64,000 bases of DNA from an uncultured Candidatus Saccharibacteria bacterium (GTDB lineage Bacteria; Patescibacteriota; Minisyncoccia; UBA6257; 02-FULL-45-10c): NCBI GenBank assembly GCA_964355085.1, contig CAYHBW010000001.1:4693-68692 (forward strand). The letters run 5' to 3'. The notes beneath the pieces are model-generated. The model saw nothing but the letters and a program-made list of their open reading frames with translations. It had not been told where the DNA came from and ran no database searches. Position numbers and translations under genes: made by a program. Below are positions 47,014 through 56,763 of the stretch, in pieces; positions within the stretch are counted from its first letter, which is position 1, and every line of letters starts with the position of its first letter.

Positions 47014-48000
47014 ATGAAAATAAAAGGGAGACTGATAGTCCTCACAAAACCGGGAAAGATAAAATTCGCAAAAATTGAAATGGATGCGAGCCGGCTTAAG
47101 TCCGATGAAATAGCCGCTAAAACCCTTTATTCCGCGATATCGTCCGGCACGGAAACCGCGGCTTATTCCGGAAAGCCGGCGTTGAGGCCTGGCAAGGCCT
47201 ATCCCCGGCTGGTCGGATACTGCAATGCCGCCGTGGCTCTGAATGTCGGCGCCAAAGTCAAAAAATTCCGCCCGGGCGATCTGATCTTAAGCGGAGAATC
47301 CCACCGGAGCTTATTTAAAATAAAGGAAACTGACATTTTCGCGAAAATACCGAAGCAATTGGATCCGGGAAAAGCCGCGCTGGCTTATTTGTACAATCTC
47401 GGTTTAAGCTCCCTACTTCCCGCCAAAGATAAAAAAAATCCGTCCATCGCCGTAATCGGATTAGGAGTAATCGGACTGGGAGTTGTTGAGCAAGCGGCGA
47501 TTTCCGGATATGAAACCTATGCGCTATCCGACAGCCGGAATAAATTGAAACTCGCGAAAAAACTGGGAGCAGAGAAAGTTTTCCTTAAAAATAAAATCGG
47601 GAAAATTGAAAAGCTCGCCGATATCGTCGTCCTAACGTCCGATTCCTGGGTAGACTGGCGATTGGCGCTCCGCCTGGCGAAACCATATGGCGCGATATCC
47701 GTCATCGGCTTTCCGGGCAGAAATTCCGGTGCTCCGGATTTCAATCCGCTCGAGCCGAAATATTTTTATGACAAAAAAATCGCCATCATTCCGATTGGCT
47801 GGGATTACGGCGTGGAAAACTCCGGGAAAATAAACAAAAAAAATTGCGGAAAAATCCTTGAGTTGATGAAAAGAAGGAAGCTGCATCCTGAAAATCTCAT
47901 TTCCGGAATTTTCAGCTATGAAAAAATAGAGTCCGCTTATGAAAAATTATTAGCGAGAGACGGAAAATCGATAACCTACCTATTGAAATGGCCGGCATGA
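47014..48000 (+). CDS. medium-chain dehydrogenase/reductase (zinc-type alcohol dehydrogenase-like)
   Basis: N-terminal GroES-like segment, then a Rossmann IAVIGLGVIGLGVVEQA. 328 aa. Confidence 0.55.
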   Translation: MKIKGRLIVLTKPGKIKFAKIEMDASRLKSDEIAAKTLYSAISSGTETAAYSGKPALRPGKAYPRLVGYCNAAVALNVGAKVKKFRPGDLILSGESHRSLFKIKETDIFAKIPKQLDPGKAALAYLYNLGLSSLLPAKDKKNPSIAVIGLGVIGLGVVEQAAISGYETYALSDSRNKLKLAKKLGAEKVFLKNKIGKIEKLADIVVLTSDSWVDWRLALRLAKPYGAISVIGFPGRNSGAPDFNPLEPKYFYDKKIAIIPIGWDYGVENSGKINKKNCGKILELMKRRKLHPENLISGIFSYEKIESAYEKLLARDGKSITYLLKWPA

Positions 48001-49046
48001 AGAGAAAAATCCTGAAAACCGCAGTAATCGGCTGCGGAAGAATAGGCGCGTTCACCGTCCATCAACCAGGCGACGATCTGCCTGCGAGTTATTTTCCGAC
48101 CAACCACTGCGCCGCCATCCGCGCCGTGCCGGGAATGAAGCTGACGGCTGTTTGCGATGCAAATTTGAAATCAGCCGAAAAAGCCGGGAAGCTCCACGAT
48201 GTCAAAAATATTTATTCTGATTTCAAAAAAATGATACGGGAACAAGCGCCGGATATCATTGCAATTGCGACCAGAATGGCCGGCAGGGATAAGATAATTA
48301 CTTTTTCCGCAAATCATGGCGTCAAAGGATTGCATATTGAAAAACCGCTGGCTCCGAATCTGAACATTGCGATAAAATGCCTGGATGCGATCGAAAAAAA
48401 CGGCATAGCCGTATCTTACGGCGCAGTACGGCGGTATATGCCTATTTACCGACAAGCCAAAGAAATGTTGGGCGGAGGGAAATTCGGAAAATTGAGAAAA
48501 ATAACAGTGGATATCGGCAAATCCCAACTGATGTGGAGTCATCCCCATACGGTGGATCTGCTGGATTTTTTCACTGACGGCGCGGAATCAGAATATGTGA
48601 AGTCCTCGTTCAAATATGATAAAAAGGACGTAAGCAGGAACAGAATAGACATGGATCCGATTTTGGATCACGCGATTTTGAAATTCAAAAATGGCATAAT
48701 CGGAGAATTGACGGATAATGGAGGCGATTACATATCCCTGAAATGCGAAAAGGGGGAAATCCTCATCCAGATCGGAGGGAAATGGCTGAAATCGAAATAC
48801 GGCTCCTGGAAAATGCGGAGTATACGGATAAAGAAAGGACCAAGCGGACGATGTGGCGCAATGGCTGAATTGCGCGACTCCATAAATCTCCGGAAACCGA
48901 CCTCGCTCACGACGAAATCCATGCTGTCTGAACAGAAAATCCTCATGGCGCTTGGCCTTTCCGGAATAACTGGTAAAAAAATAAATCCGGCGGAACTAAA
49001 TGACAATTTCACAATCACCGGAAAATTCAACGGACTTTATCCTTAA
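47988..49046 (+). CDS. Gfo/Idh/MocA-family oxidoreductase
   Basis: LKTAVIGCGRIGAF Rossmann motif with a HIEKPLA (EKP) block. Confidence 0.75.
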   Translation: MAGMKRKILKTAVIGCGRIGAFTVHQPGDDLPASYFPTNHCAAIRAVPGMKLTAVCDANLKSAEKAGKLHDVKNIYSDFKKMIREQAPDIIAIATRMAGRDKIITFSANHGVKGLHIEKPLAPNLNIAIKCLDAIEKNGIAVSYGAVRRYMPIYRQAKEMLGGGKFGKLRKITVDIGKSQLMWSHPHTVDLLDFFTDGAESEYVKSSFKYDKKDVSRNRIDMDPILDHAILKFKNGIIGELTDNGGDYISLKCEKGEILIQIGGKWLKSKYGSWKMRSIRIKKGPSGRCGAMAELRDSINLRKPTSLTTKSMLSEQKILMALGLSGITGKKINPAELNDNFTITGKFNGLYP

Positions 49047-49047
49047 A

Positions 49048-49674
49048 TTATTTCTTCAAAATGAAGAAATGCACCATGGGATTCTCGGGAATGGTGAAGT
49101 CCTTTTCGATGAAAAAACCGGCGCTCCTCAAAGTTGTCCGGATTTTTGAAAGCGGGTATCCCACATGCCCTATCTCCCAATAATGCAAGCCATTGAATTT
49201 ATGGATTTTAAAACTCGGGATCCTGATGATAAAATATCTCTCCTCAAAAAAAGGCAACTTGAAGGAAATGGAAAAAAGAACCCTTCTATGATCCGGAATT
49301 GAAATGACTGCATAATTTCTCGCAACCCTCCTTATCTCACGGAGCGCCTTTTTACTTTCTTCAAACGGCAGATGCTCGAGAACTTCGCAACAGACCACGG
49401 TATCGAATTCATTGTCCATGAAAGGCATTTCGGTTATATCCGCGACAATATCCGGCTTGAGATCTTCAGCTATGTCGGTGGTGGTAACACTGAATCCCTG
49501 CGATTTCAAAAACCAGGAGGTGACTCCGCTGCCCGGTCCGATCTCCAAAATATTCCGAGGGTCGGTTCTTATGGTATTCTTTATCTGGTAATAGTAACTC
49601 GCCCACCTTCCGGAATGCTCGTATTTCCCTTTTTCGTAAACGTCCTTGCCCACCTGTTTCTGTCTTTTAGCCAT
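49048..49674 (-). CDS. class I SAM-dependent methyltransferase
   Basis: ILEIGPGSGVTSWFLKSQG (motif I) and VVCCEVLEHLP (motif II/III). Confidence 0.75.
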   Translation of the reverse strand: MAKRQKQVGKDVYEKGKYEHSGRWASYYYQIKNTIRTDPRNILEIGPGSGVTSWFLKSQGFSVTTTDIAEDLKPDIVADITEMPFMDNEFDTVVCCEVLEHLPFEESKKALREIRRVARNYAVISIPDHRRVLFSISFKLPFFEERYFIIRIPSFKIHKFNGLHYWEIGHVGYPLSKIRTTLRSAGFFIEKDFTIPENPMVHFFILKK

Positions 49675-50578
49675 GTTTATTTTTTTTGGTTATTCCGAAA
49701 ATCCTCCTAAATCTCGCTTTCCATAAAGAAAGGTAATCCCGGAAAATCAGCCGCCAGCTCCAGAAATGCCTGGCTATCCGCCAATGCCTGTCATATTGAT
49801 GGACGACATTCGGGGTATTCCCGGAAGCATTGTATATGTATCCGTTCCTGAACATGATATCGTCTTCCAACCCTAGGGTCAAAACCGGACCATCTGAATT
49901 CTTATGCATTTCCCCGGGAACGATCTTCTCGTGAATCAGATAATTGTGGATCCCCTGATCCATTCCGCGCATATGAGCCGGAACATCTTTAGATACGATC
50001 ACATCCAGGAAAGACTCGAGATATCCGAGTATCCCGCTGGATGATCCGATGGTGACTCCTGAACAGATGATCGGATTTCTTCCCAATTTGGAAAGCGCTT
50101 CCTGACCGAAACCTTTTGCGAGCCACTCGGCATTGACCGGAGATTCGGCAATCGAAACTCCCTCCCTTTCCAGAAAATAATTCAGATCTCCGCCATAGAA
50201 ATCAAACGGATCTTTCTGAAATATGACATCTCTGGTGTCGCTAAGCATGACATTTCCGTATTTCCCGTAATTTTTCTTGAGATGCATGTATGCCAGCAGG
50301 TAGCGAAGACAGTAAATACCCAGATTCTTGACGCGATCATTATTCTTAAGATGATCCGGAATTGGCAGCTCCGAATAAGGAAATTCCACGCGGAAAGGGA
50401 TCAGTTCCACCCGGAAATCCTTTAGGCGTTCAAGGGTTTTTCCATCCGTATCTGAATGAAAAAAAACAATATCCCCTGAATACCCGGTATTCCGCAAAGT
50501 CTCCACGAAAGGCCGTAGGATTTCAAAATCATATCCCTTTGTCAGGCCGATCACCGCATTCTTTTTATTTCCATCCAT
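49667..50578 (-). CDS. hypothetical protein, possibly a GT-A-like nucleotide-diphospho-sugar transferase
   Basis: 303 aa. LSDTRDVIFQKDPFD resembles a DxD-type motif. No confident family. Confidence 0.3.
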   Translation of the reverse strand: MDGNKKNAVIGLTKGYDFEILRPFVETLRNTGYSGDIVFFHSDTDGKTLERLKDFRVELIPFRVEFPYSELPIPDHLKNNDRVKNLGIYCLRYLLAYMHLKKNYGKYGNVMLSDTRDVIFQKDPFDFYGGDLNYFLEREGVSIAESPVNAEWLAKGFGQEALSKLGRNPIICSGVTIGSSSGILGYLESFLDVIVSKDVPAHMRGMDQGIHNYLIHEKIVPGEMHKNSDGPVLTLGLEDDIMFRNGYIYNASGNTPNVVHQYDRHWRIARHFWSWRLIFRDYLSLWKARFRRIFGITKKNKHG

Positions 50579-50667
50579 ATTAATATGCCGGACCCTTCGA
50601 TGCTTTAATTATATTAAATTTAACATATACCCCGGAAGCGGAACAATGCGGAGATGATGAAGAAATC

Positions 50668-51795
50668 CTATCGCCCGATTTTCAGGAAATCCAAAATAGT
50701 GGACGCCCTGTTTCTCCAGGAATATTTCTCCGCTTTTTCCAGACAGAGATCTGATTTTCTGCGGATCGAATCTGACCGGCCGTTCAGGACTTCTGAAATT
50801 TTCACTGCAAGGTCATTCGGATCATCCGGAATGAAACTGTATCCGCAATCATGCAGAACTTCGCCGAGCAAAGCTAGGTTTGAATAGATTATCGGCTTTC
50901 CGCTTGCCAGATACTCATAGATTTTCATCGGGATGCAGTAATCATTGAAAGGATATTTGTCCGGATTCGGTATCACAAGGATATCCGCCGCCTTCTGATA
51001 CAACGGAACCCTGCCCGGATCCTGTTTTTCTATGAAAATACACCGATTGATCAATTTTTTGTCGGTTATTTTATCCAGATATTCCGCCGCCTCCTCTTTC
51101 TTCCCGCCGACAAAAAGCATGTTCACATCTTCAGGAAGATTTGCAAGGGCGTTTATCATGACATCTATGCTTTTCCTGACTCCGAGTGTCCGAAACAGAC
51201 CGACATAGGCGACAAGAATTTTTTTCTCCGGCAGGCCCAGGTCTTTCTTCAGATTACGGCTTTCAAACCCGGAATACTTCTTCAGATCCGCGCCGCCGTA
51301 AACAACCAGGAATTTATCCTTTGCGAACGGTACGCCGGCTCTTCCAACGATGCCATCCATCAGCCGTCCGGATGTCGCGACGACAAAGTCGCTGTTTTTC
51401 ACGATGAAAGCATCCCGCCAATCATCATAAAGCATGTGCCACTCCGAGCATATCCGGTATCTGAATCTGAAAATTTTCCGCAAAATAACCAGATTACATA
51501 GAAGATTCGAGTCATTCGAAAAAAATAGCTTTCCGGAAGCGCGATCATCGGCTCTTAAGATAAAAAACAGGGTCCAGAAAAAATAATACAGCGTACGTCC
51601 CCGTTCCATCGTCAGTCCCATATTGATGACTTTTATATCACGGAAAAAATCCGTTGAATCATTGGCAAGCACCAGAGAGAACTTATCTCCGAGCAGATTT
51701 CCAAATGCATTCGCCATCTCTTTGACGAAAAAATGATCAGCCGTCCGGCTCGGATATTTTTTTGAAGTAAGGTAAATGAATTCCATATGATTCAA
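50668..51795 (-). CDS. GT4 family glycosyltransferase
   Basis: C-terminal Glycos_transf_1 features: VAYVGLFRTLGVRKSIDVMINA and PFNDYCIPMKIYEYLASGKPII. Confidence 0.8.
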   Translation of the reverse strand: MNHMEFIYLTSKKYPSRTADHFFVKEMANAFGNLLGDKFSLVLANDSTDFFRDIKVINMGLTMERGRTLYYFFWTLFFILRADDRASGKLFFSNDSNLLCNLVILRKIFRFRYRICSEWHMLYDDWRDAFIVKNSDFVVATSGRLMDGIVGRAGVPFAKDKFLVVYGGADLKKYSGFESRNLKKDLGLPEKKILVAYVGLFRTLGVRKSIDVMINALANLPEDVNMLFVGGKKEEAAEYLDKITDKKLINRCIFIEKQDPGRVPLYQKAADILVIPNPDKYPFNDYCIPMKIYEYLASGKPIIYSNLALLGEVLHDCGYSFIPDDPNDLAVKISEVLNGRSDSIRRKSDLCLEKAEKYSWRNRASTILDFLKIGR

Positions 51796-52865
51796 CTGTA
51801 TTTCCTTATTTCTCCGGCAAGCGCCTTCAAGCCATGCCTCGCGATTACATAATCCCTGAAATTCCTTCCGGATTCCTGCTTAACCGGGGAAGGCATATCC
51901 AAAGCGGACCTGATTTTTCGGCTTAAATCTTTTTTATCCCTGTACCTGAACAGGAATTCCCCGCCGATCTCCCCGGACAGATTTCTGTTTGATGTAAGGA
52001 CCAGTGATTCGCATGACATCGCTTCGAAGATGACTTTGTCAAACATCCCGTCCGGGCTCAAATTAACGGTGATCTCGTGCGAATTATACATACCGGCGGA
52101 ATCGTCATTTGAAACCGACTCTCGGAATGAAACCCTCCCTTCAAGACCGTATTCCGATACCGCGGCCTTCAGTTCTTCAAGATAATCCCTGTCATCCGCG
52201 GAATAAACTCCGCCGACTATGTCGCATCTGAAATCTGTTCCGCGGCCCCTGATTTCATTGAGCGCTCCGATGAGGATATCGATGTTTTTTATTCTGGAGA
52301 TCCGGCCGAGATAAAGGATCGATCGGGGATTTTTACCGACGGACGGTCTTTTCCTGAAAAAATCCGTATCTATGCCCACCGGCATCAATCTGGTTTTTTT
52401 GAAACCTGCGGTATAGGAAAATCTGGAAGTGCAGAAAACCTCGTCGGAAAATAATACCGCGATGTCCGTCAGGATATTCCCGGACGGATGATTCCGCCAG
52501 AGCATCACCTTTTTACCGGACAACTTCCAGACCGGAAATCCGAGGATGACATATTCCTGATTCATATGCACGAAAACCGATCCGTAATTCGGAATCTCCC
52601 TGATTATATGACGGAAAAAATTAAACGCATATAATATGCGCAGAAAAAAATTAACGCGCGTTCCGCGGCTTTCCGCCTTCTTTCCCAAAGAAATCACCCG
52701 GATATTCCCGGGCAGATCGACCCTTCCGCTCCCGAGGCAGATGACGATAATCGACTCATAATGAGCCGAAAGCTCCGAAAGCCAGCGGTGGAAAAACCCG
52801 AGTATCGGATCAGCTGAATCGACTTTTTGGGCGAGTATTAATAATTTCATGCGATTGATCCGCAT
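51792..52865 (-). CDS. GT4 family glycosyltransferase
   Basis: ILYLGRISRIKNIDILIGA...FEAMSCESLVL. 357 aa. Confidence 0.75.
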   Translation of the reverse strand: MRINRMKLLILAQKVDSADPILGFFHRWLSELSAHYESIIVICLGSGRVDLPGNIRVISLGKKAESRGTRVNFFLRILYAFNFFRHIIREIPNYGSVFVHMNQEYVILGFPVWKLSGKKVMLWRNHPSGNILTDIAVLFSDEVFCTSRFSYTAGFKKTRLMPVGIDTDFFRKRPSVGKNPRSILYLGRISRIKNIDILIGALNEIRGRGTDFRCDIVGGVYSADDRDYLEELKAAVSEYGLEGRVSFRESVSNDDSAGMYNSHEITVNLSPDGMFDKVIFEAMSCESLVLTSNRNLSGEIGGEFLFRYRDKKDLSRKIRSALDMPSPVKQESGRNFRDYVIARHGLKALAGEIRKYS

Positions 52866-52895
52866 ATATAGAACAAAAAAATCAATTTATGGGTT

Positions 52896-53846
52896 TCAAT
52901 GATTTTTCCTGGCAAAAATCAAAATTACTCCGCTGCTTCCGGCCAGCATTTCAAGCAAGAACATCGTGCAGGCAAATGGAAAAATAACCGGCATAAAAAA
53001 GATACCTGTCATAGAATCTAAGGGGTGTTCGAAAAATAATTCCCTTGCGGATATCTTTTTATTCATTACACCAAACAGAAGATTCTTCCTCGTCGAAATC
53101 AGATTCAGCGCACTTTGAAGCCAACCAAAAAATCCGTAAATGTAGCTCCCTCCGAAAACAGATATGTCGGTAAATCCGACCACCGTCATCATGTCGACTA
53201 AGCCGGCCGGAGAAAAATGAAATGTATGGCGCGGCACATCCAAATGAAACCAATTATCCGAAAATAACCGTGATTGCCAGGAAAGAAAATTAGGGATTTC
53301 CAAAACCACATATCCGCCCGATCGAAGCACGTCATGCGCCTTTTTTAAATACCCAAGCGGATCAGTGAAATGCTCCAAAGAATGCCACATCGTCACCACG
53401 TCAAAAGATCTTCCGGGTAGTTCCATGGACGGAAAATCACCTCGAAGGACAAATGTTTCTGAATCGGGATCAAAATGATTTATCGGAGCTATTTCAATAC
53501 CGGAAGCATCCCAACCTAACCGGCGCATTCCCATAAAAAACTTCCCGTTACCGGAACCGACATCTAATAAAGTCCGGTTATCGCCAGGATTTATCAGTCT
53601 TAGGATATCAGCTCTCCGAAAGTGATTTATTATATCATCCGTAAAAGATTTCCGACTTCCATAATATGCCTCGCTATAATATCCGGCCAAATCCTTTGCA
53701 GAAACTTCAGTGGCTCCTGATCCGCAATTTTCACATTTATATATGGTAAATTTTTCTCCGGAAATATAATCGCGCGCGTATAAAAAATCTGCCAAACGAC
53801 CGCGACCGCAAACGGCGCAATTCTTATATCCAATCATGCTGATCAT
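52896..53846 (-). CDS. class I SAM-dependent methyltransferase with N-terminal zinc ribbon
   Basis: CAVCG...CENCG ribbon, LLDVGSGNGKFFMGMRRLGW motif I and VVTMWHSLEHF. Confidence 0.75.
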   Translation of the reverse strand: MISMIGYKNCAVCGRGRLADFLYARDYISGEKFTIYKCENCGSGATEVSAKDLAGYYSEAYYGSRKSFTDDIINHFRRADILRLINPGDNRTLLDVGSGNGKFFMGMRRLGWDASGIEIAPINHFDPDSETFVLRGDFPSMELPGRSFDVVTMWHSLEHFTDPLGYLKKAHDVLRSGGYVVLEIPNFLSWQSRLFSDNWFHLDVPRHTFHFSPAGLVDMMTVVGFTDISVFGGSYIYGFFGWLQSALNLISTRKNLLFGVMNKKISARELFFEHPLDSMTGIFFMPVIFPFACTMFLLEMLAGSSGVILIFARKNH

Positions 53847-55294
53847 TTCCGTATTCTATGAATTTCATATCCGTCAACAGAGGAAAATACCTCATAAGAA
53901 TCAGGGATTTCCGCCACAATACCGTCTACGAGTCCATCTTGAGAAAATATCAATATTTCCGGACGGATTCCTGAAGAGATAAAATCTCCGCCTATCGGCG
54001 GCAATCCCGTCAAATAAGCGTGGAGATATCTGTCCTTGGAATCTATCAGGGATGCCAAACCGATGGAATTCAGGACTCCGACTGATTTCCCTGGAAATTC
54101 CCGGTTTACAAAATCCGCCGCTTTAATTATCGAATCGGATGCGTAGATATTGGAAAAAAATAAAAACTGGAAAGTCTGCGCCATTGCCAGAATACAGACA
54201 ATAAACATGCATACCCTCCGAGAAATCTGATTATTTAAATTAATACGCCTAAATAATCTCGAGAATATCAAATCTAGACTCTCCGGAAGAACCAGTAATG
54301 CCATAAGTTCTGCGATCAGCAAGTACCTTAACCAGCCGGGACTGCGAAGATAGTATGCAAAGGCAAATACGCCGTATGCAATTATGAAATTACAAACCGA
54401 TTTGATGGACGGATTATAAGAAAAATATCTGCAAAGAATGACTAGAAAATACAGAACTCCTAAATAAAGCATCGTACTGGAATCAAGTAGTCCGTATAAA
54501 TTGGCTATGATATTGCCTTGCATGTCCGCAGAAGCATACGGATTCCGGTAAAAATTTAAAATATCAGACCATATATTCGCAGAAAACGGACTCCCAACTG
54601 CTAAAAAAATCCACATTAAAATCGGCGGTAAAATTCCAGTTCCACCGGCAACTATCTTCCTGACCCTGTTCCGGTTTTTATCCAGTAAGACAGAGATAAG
54701 GAATGCGGGGCCAGCAAGTAAAAATACCGATGGCTTTGTGACCATGGCCAATCCCAGAAAAATACCGGATAAGAAATTGAAATCCTTTAAAATTCCCAAA
54801 TACAAACTTGTCAATAAAAAAATAAAACCGGGGATTTCACCTACTGCCGTCCTTCCACTGCCATGAAATGACGCGAATGTCGCTACCAAAATAACCGATA
54901 ATAAAGCTTTATCTTCTCCGAACAGACTCCTGCAAAATAAAAAGATTGCAGATAAAGCCGACAACATAACCAGAAGCATCACCACCCTCTCTACAGCGAC
55001 AGAATATCCGAATATCCTGAAAACACCGGAAAGTAAGGTCGTAAGCGGATATCCTGAAGATTGCAACATATGGCCGAAACCCGAGAATCTGCCGGGAGCG
55101 ACCTGGATATCCAACACTCCATATTCTGTAAAATTCCGCGCCAGCTCAATCGTCACGCCTTCATCCACCCAGAATCTCGGCTTTACTGTAAGATTCTTCA
55201 ATGAATAAAAAAAGGTCGTCAATAAGATCAGAGCAAAAAGCGTATATACCAATCCTTTTTTAAGAAAAACGTTGAACTTTTCGGAATTGCTCAT
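53843..55294 (-). CDS. GT-C fold membrane glycosyltransferase (GT39/GT83, PMT/ArnT-like)
   Basis: 483 aa, about 11 TM helices. The first periplasmic loop carries the DE acidic motif (RFWVDEGVTIELARN) typical of polyprenyl-phosphate-sugar-dependent GT-C enzymes. Confidence 0.65.
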   Translation of the reverse strand: MSNSEKFNVFLKKGLVYTLFALILLTTFFYSLKNLTVKPRFWVDEGVTIELARNFTEYGVLDIQVAPGRFSGFGHMLQSSGYPLTTLLSGVFRIFGYSVAVERVVMLLVMLSALSAIFLFCRSLFGEDKALLSVILVATFASFHGSGRTAVGEIPGFIFLLTSLYLGILKDFNFLSGIFLGLAMVTKPSVFLLAGPAFLISVLLDKNRNRVRKIVAGGTGILPPILMWIFLAVGSPFSANIWSDILNFYRNPYASADMQGNIIANLYGLLDSSTMLYLGVLYFLVILCRYFSYNPSIKSVCNFIIAYGVFAFAYYLRSPGWLRYLLIAELMALLVLPESLDLIFSRLFRRINLNNQISRRVCMFIVCILAMAQTFQFLFFSNIYASDSIIKAADFVNREFPGKSVGVLNSIGLASLIDSKDRYLHAYLTGLPPIGGDFISSGIRPEILIFSQDGLVDGIVAEIPDSYEVFSSVDGYEIHRIRK

Positions 55295-56015
55295 AATTCA
55301 TTATTCCCAACATAAAAAGCAAGTACCTGAACAATACGAATAATATCTCAAATCCGTATTTCGCGCTGCTTAAGAATCCGATCATCGAAGCTTCCGGAAA
55401 ATAACGCGTGGTGATCGGTATCTCATTTATCTTGGCTCCCGCTATCTTCAGCTGGACAAGGATTTCAGTATCAAAAACAAAATCATCAGAATTGAGTTCC
55501 AAGGGCAGGCTCATGGCTCTCCGGCTATAAGCGCGGAAACCGGAATGATATTCGCTTAAATTCATGCCAAGAACCAGATTTTCCAATTTAGTGAGGAAAA
55601 TATTGGCGATAAATTTCCAATAAGGCATCCCGCCCTTAAGGGCATTTTGCGGAATTTTCATCCTTGATCCGATTACGGCGTCGCACTCTCCTTTTGCGAC
55701 CGGGATGATCAATTCCGGTATGAAAGAAGGATTATATTGAAAATCCGGATGGACCATGACAGCGATATCAGCACCTAATTTCAAAGCCTCTTTGTAACAG
55801 GTCTTTTGATTGCCTCCGTAACCGCGGTTTTTCGGATGAACGAATACCTTGAGACCGAGCTGGGAGGCGACTTCAACCGTGTCATCCTTACTGGCATCAT
55901 CAACTAAAATAATATCGTCCACTACATCTTTGGGAATCGCGTCTAAAGTTATTTTCAAGGTTTTAGCGGCATTATATGCCGGCAATACCACAATGACCTT
56001 TTTATTATTTATCAT
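55260..56015 (-). CDS. GT2 polyprenyl-phosphate sugar synthase (Dpm1/ArnC/GtrB-like)
   Basis: 251 aa, soluble. VIVVLPAYNAAKTL...ILVDDASKDDT...DAD. Confidence 0.75.
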   Translation of the reverse strand: MINNKKVIVVLPAYNAAKTLKITLDAIPKDVVDDIILVDDASKDDTVEVASQLGLKVFVHPKNRGYGGNQKTCYKEALKLGADIAVMVHPDFQYNPSFIPELIIPVAKGECDAVIGSRMKIPQNALKGGMPYWKFIANIFLTKLENLVLGMNLSEYHSGFRAYSRRAMSLPLELNSDDFVFDTEILVQLKIAGAKINEIPITTRYFPEASMIGFLSSAKYGFEILFVLFRYLLFMLGIMNYEQFRKVQRFS

Positions 56016-56024
56016 TGTTCCGGA

Positions 56025-56720
56025 TTAACCTAATAAATTAAATTTGAAAATATGCCAGATTGCGGAAACTCCGTCCTTCCAGTTTATCTTTTTGCCTTCC
56101 TCATAAGTCCTTCCGTAATAGGAAATCCCGACTTCATAGATTCTCCATCTGCCCCTGGAGACTCTCGCTACGATTTCGGGCTCGATGCCGAAACGCTTGG
56201 AAACAAGATCGTCCTTGAAGCTGTCGACGACTTCTTTTCTGAAAACTTTATAACAGGCCTCCATATCGGTAAGATTCAGTCCGGAAAGCAGGTTGGAAAG
56301 CAATGTCAGGAATTTATTGGCCGAATAATGGATGATGTAAAGAACCCGATGCGGCTTGCTACCGATGAAACGGGAACCGAAAACTACATCGGCACGGCCG
56401 TTGATAATCGGGGCCAGCAATTCCGGATATTCGGACGGATCATATTCCAGATCCGCATCCTGGATTATGACTATGTCTCCTGTTGCCTTCTGAAAACCGG
56501 TCCTGACCGCCCCTCCTTTGCCGGTATTCTTATCATGGAAAAAATATCTGATGTCCGGTATATTCTTGAGAATCTCCCTGGTGCCGTCTTTGGATCCGTC
56601 GTCCACCACGATTATCTCCTTCTTCAATTTTCCGAGATCGACGGCTTTGATCTGACGGATTATCTCCTCGATCGTATTTTTTTCATTGTACGCAGGAATG
56701 ATTACGGAAAGCTTGTTCAT
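56025..56720 (-). CDS. GT2 polyprenyl-phosphate sugar synthase (Dpm1/ArnC-like)
   Basis: 231 aa. LSVIIPAYNEKNTIEEI...IVVDDGSKDGT...IQDADLEYDP. Confidence 0.75.
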   Translation of the reverse strand: MNKLSVIIPAYNEKNTIEEIIRQIKAVDLGKLKKEIIVVDDGSKDGTREILKNIPDIRYFFHDKNTGKGGAVRTGFQKATGDIVIIQDADLEYDPSEYPELLAPIINGRADVVFGSRFIGSKPHRVLYIIHYSANKFLTLLSNLLSGLNLTDMEACYKVFRKEVVDSFKDDLVSKRFGIEPEIVARVSRGRWRIYEVGISYYGRTYEEGKKINWKDGVSAIWHIFKFNLLG

Positions 56721-56763
56721 TCATAGATTATATCAAAAAAATAAGTTATATTACAATGACATT

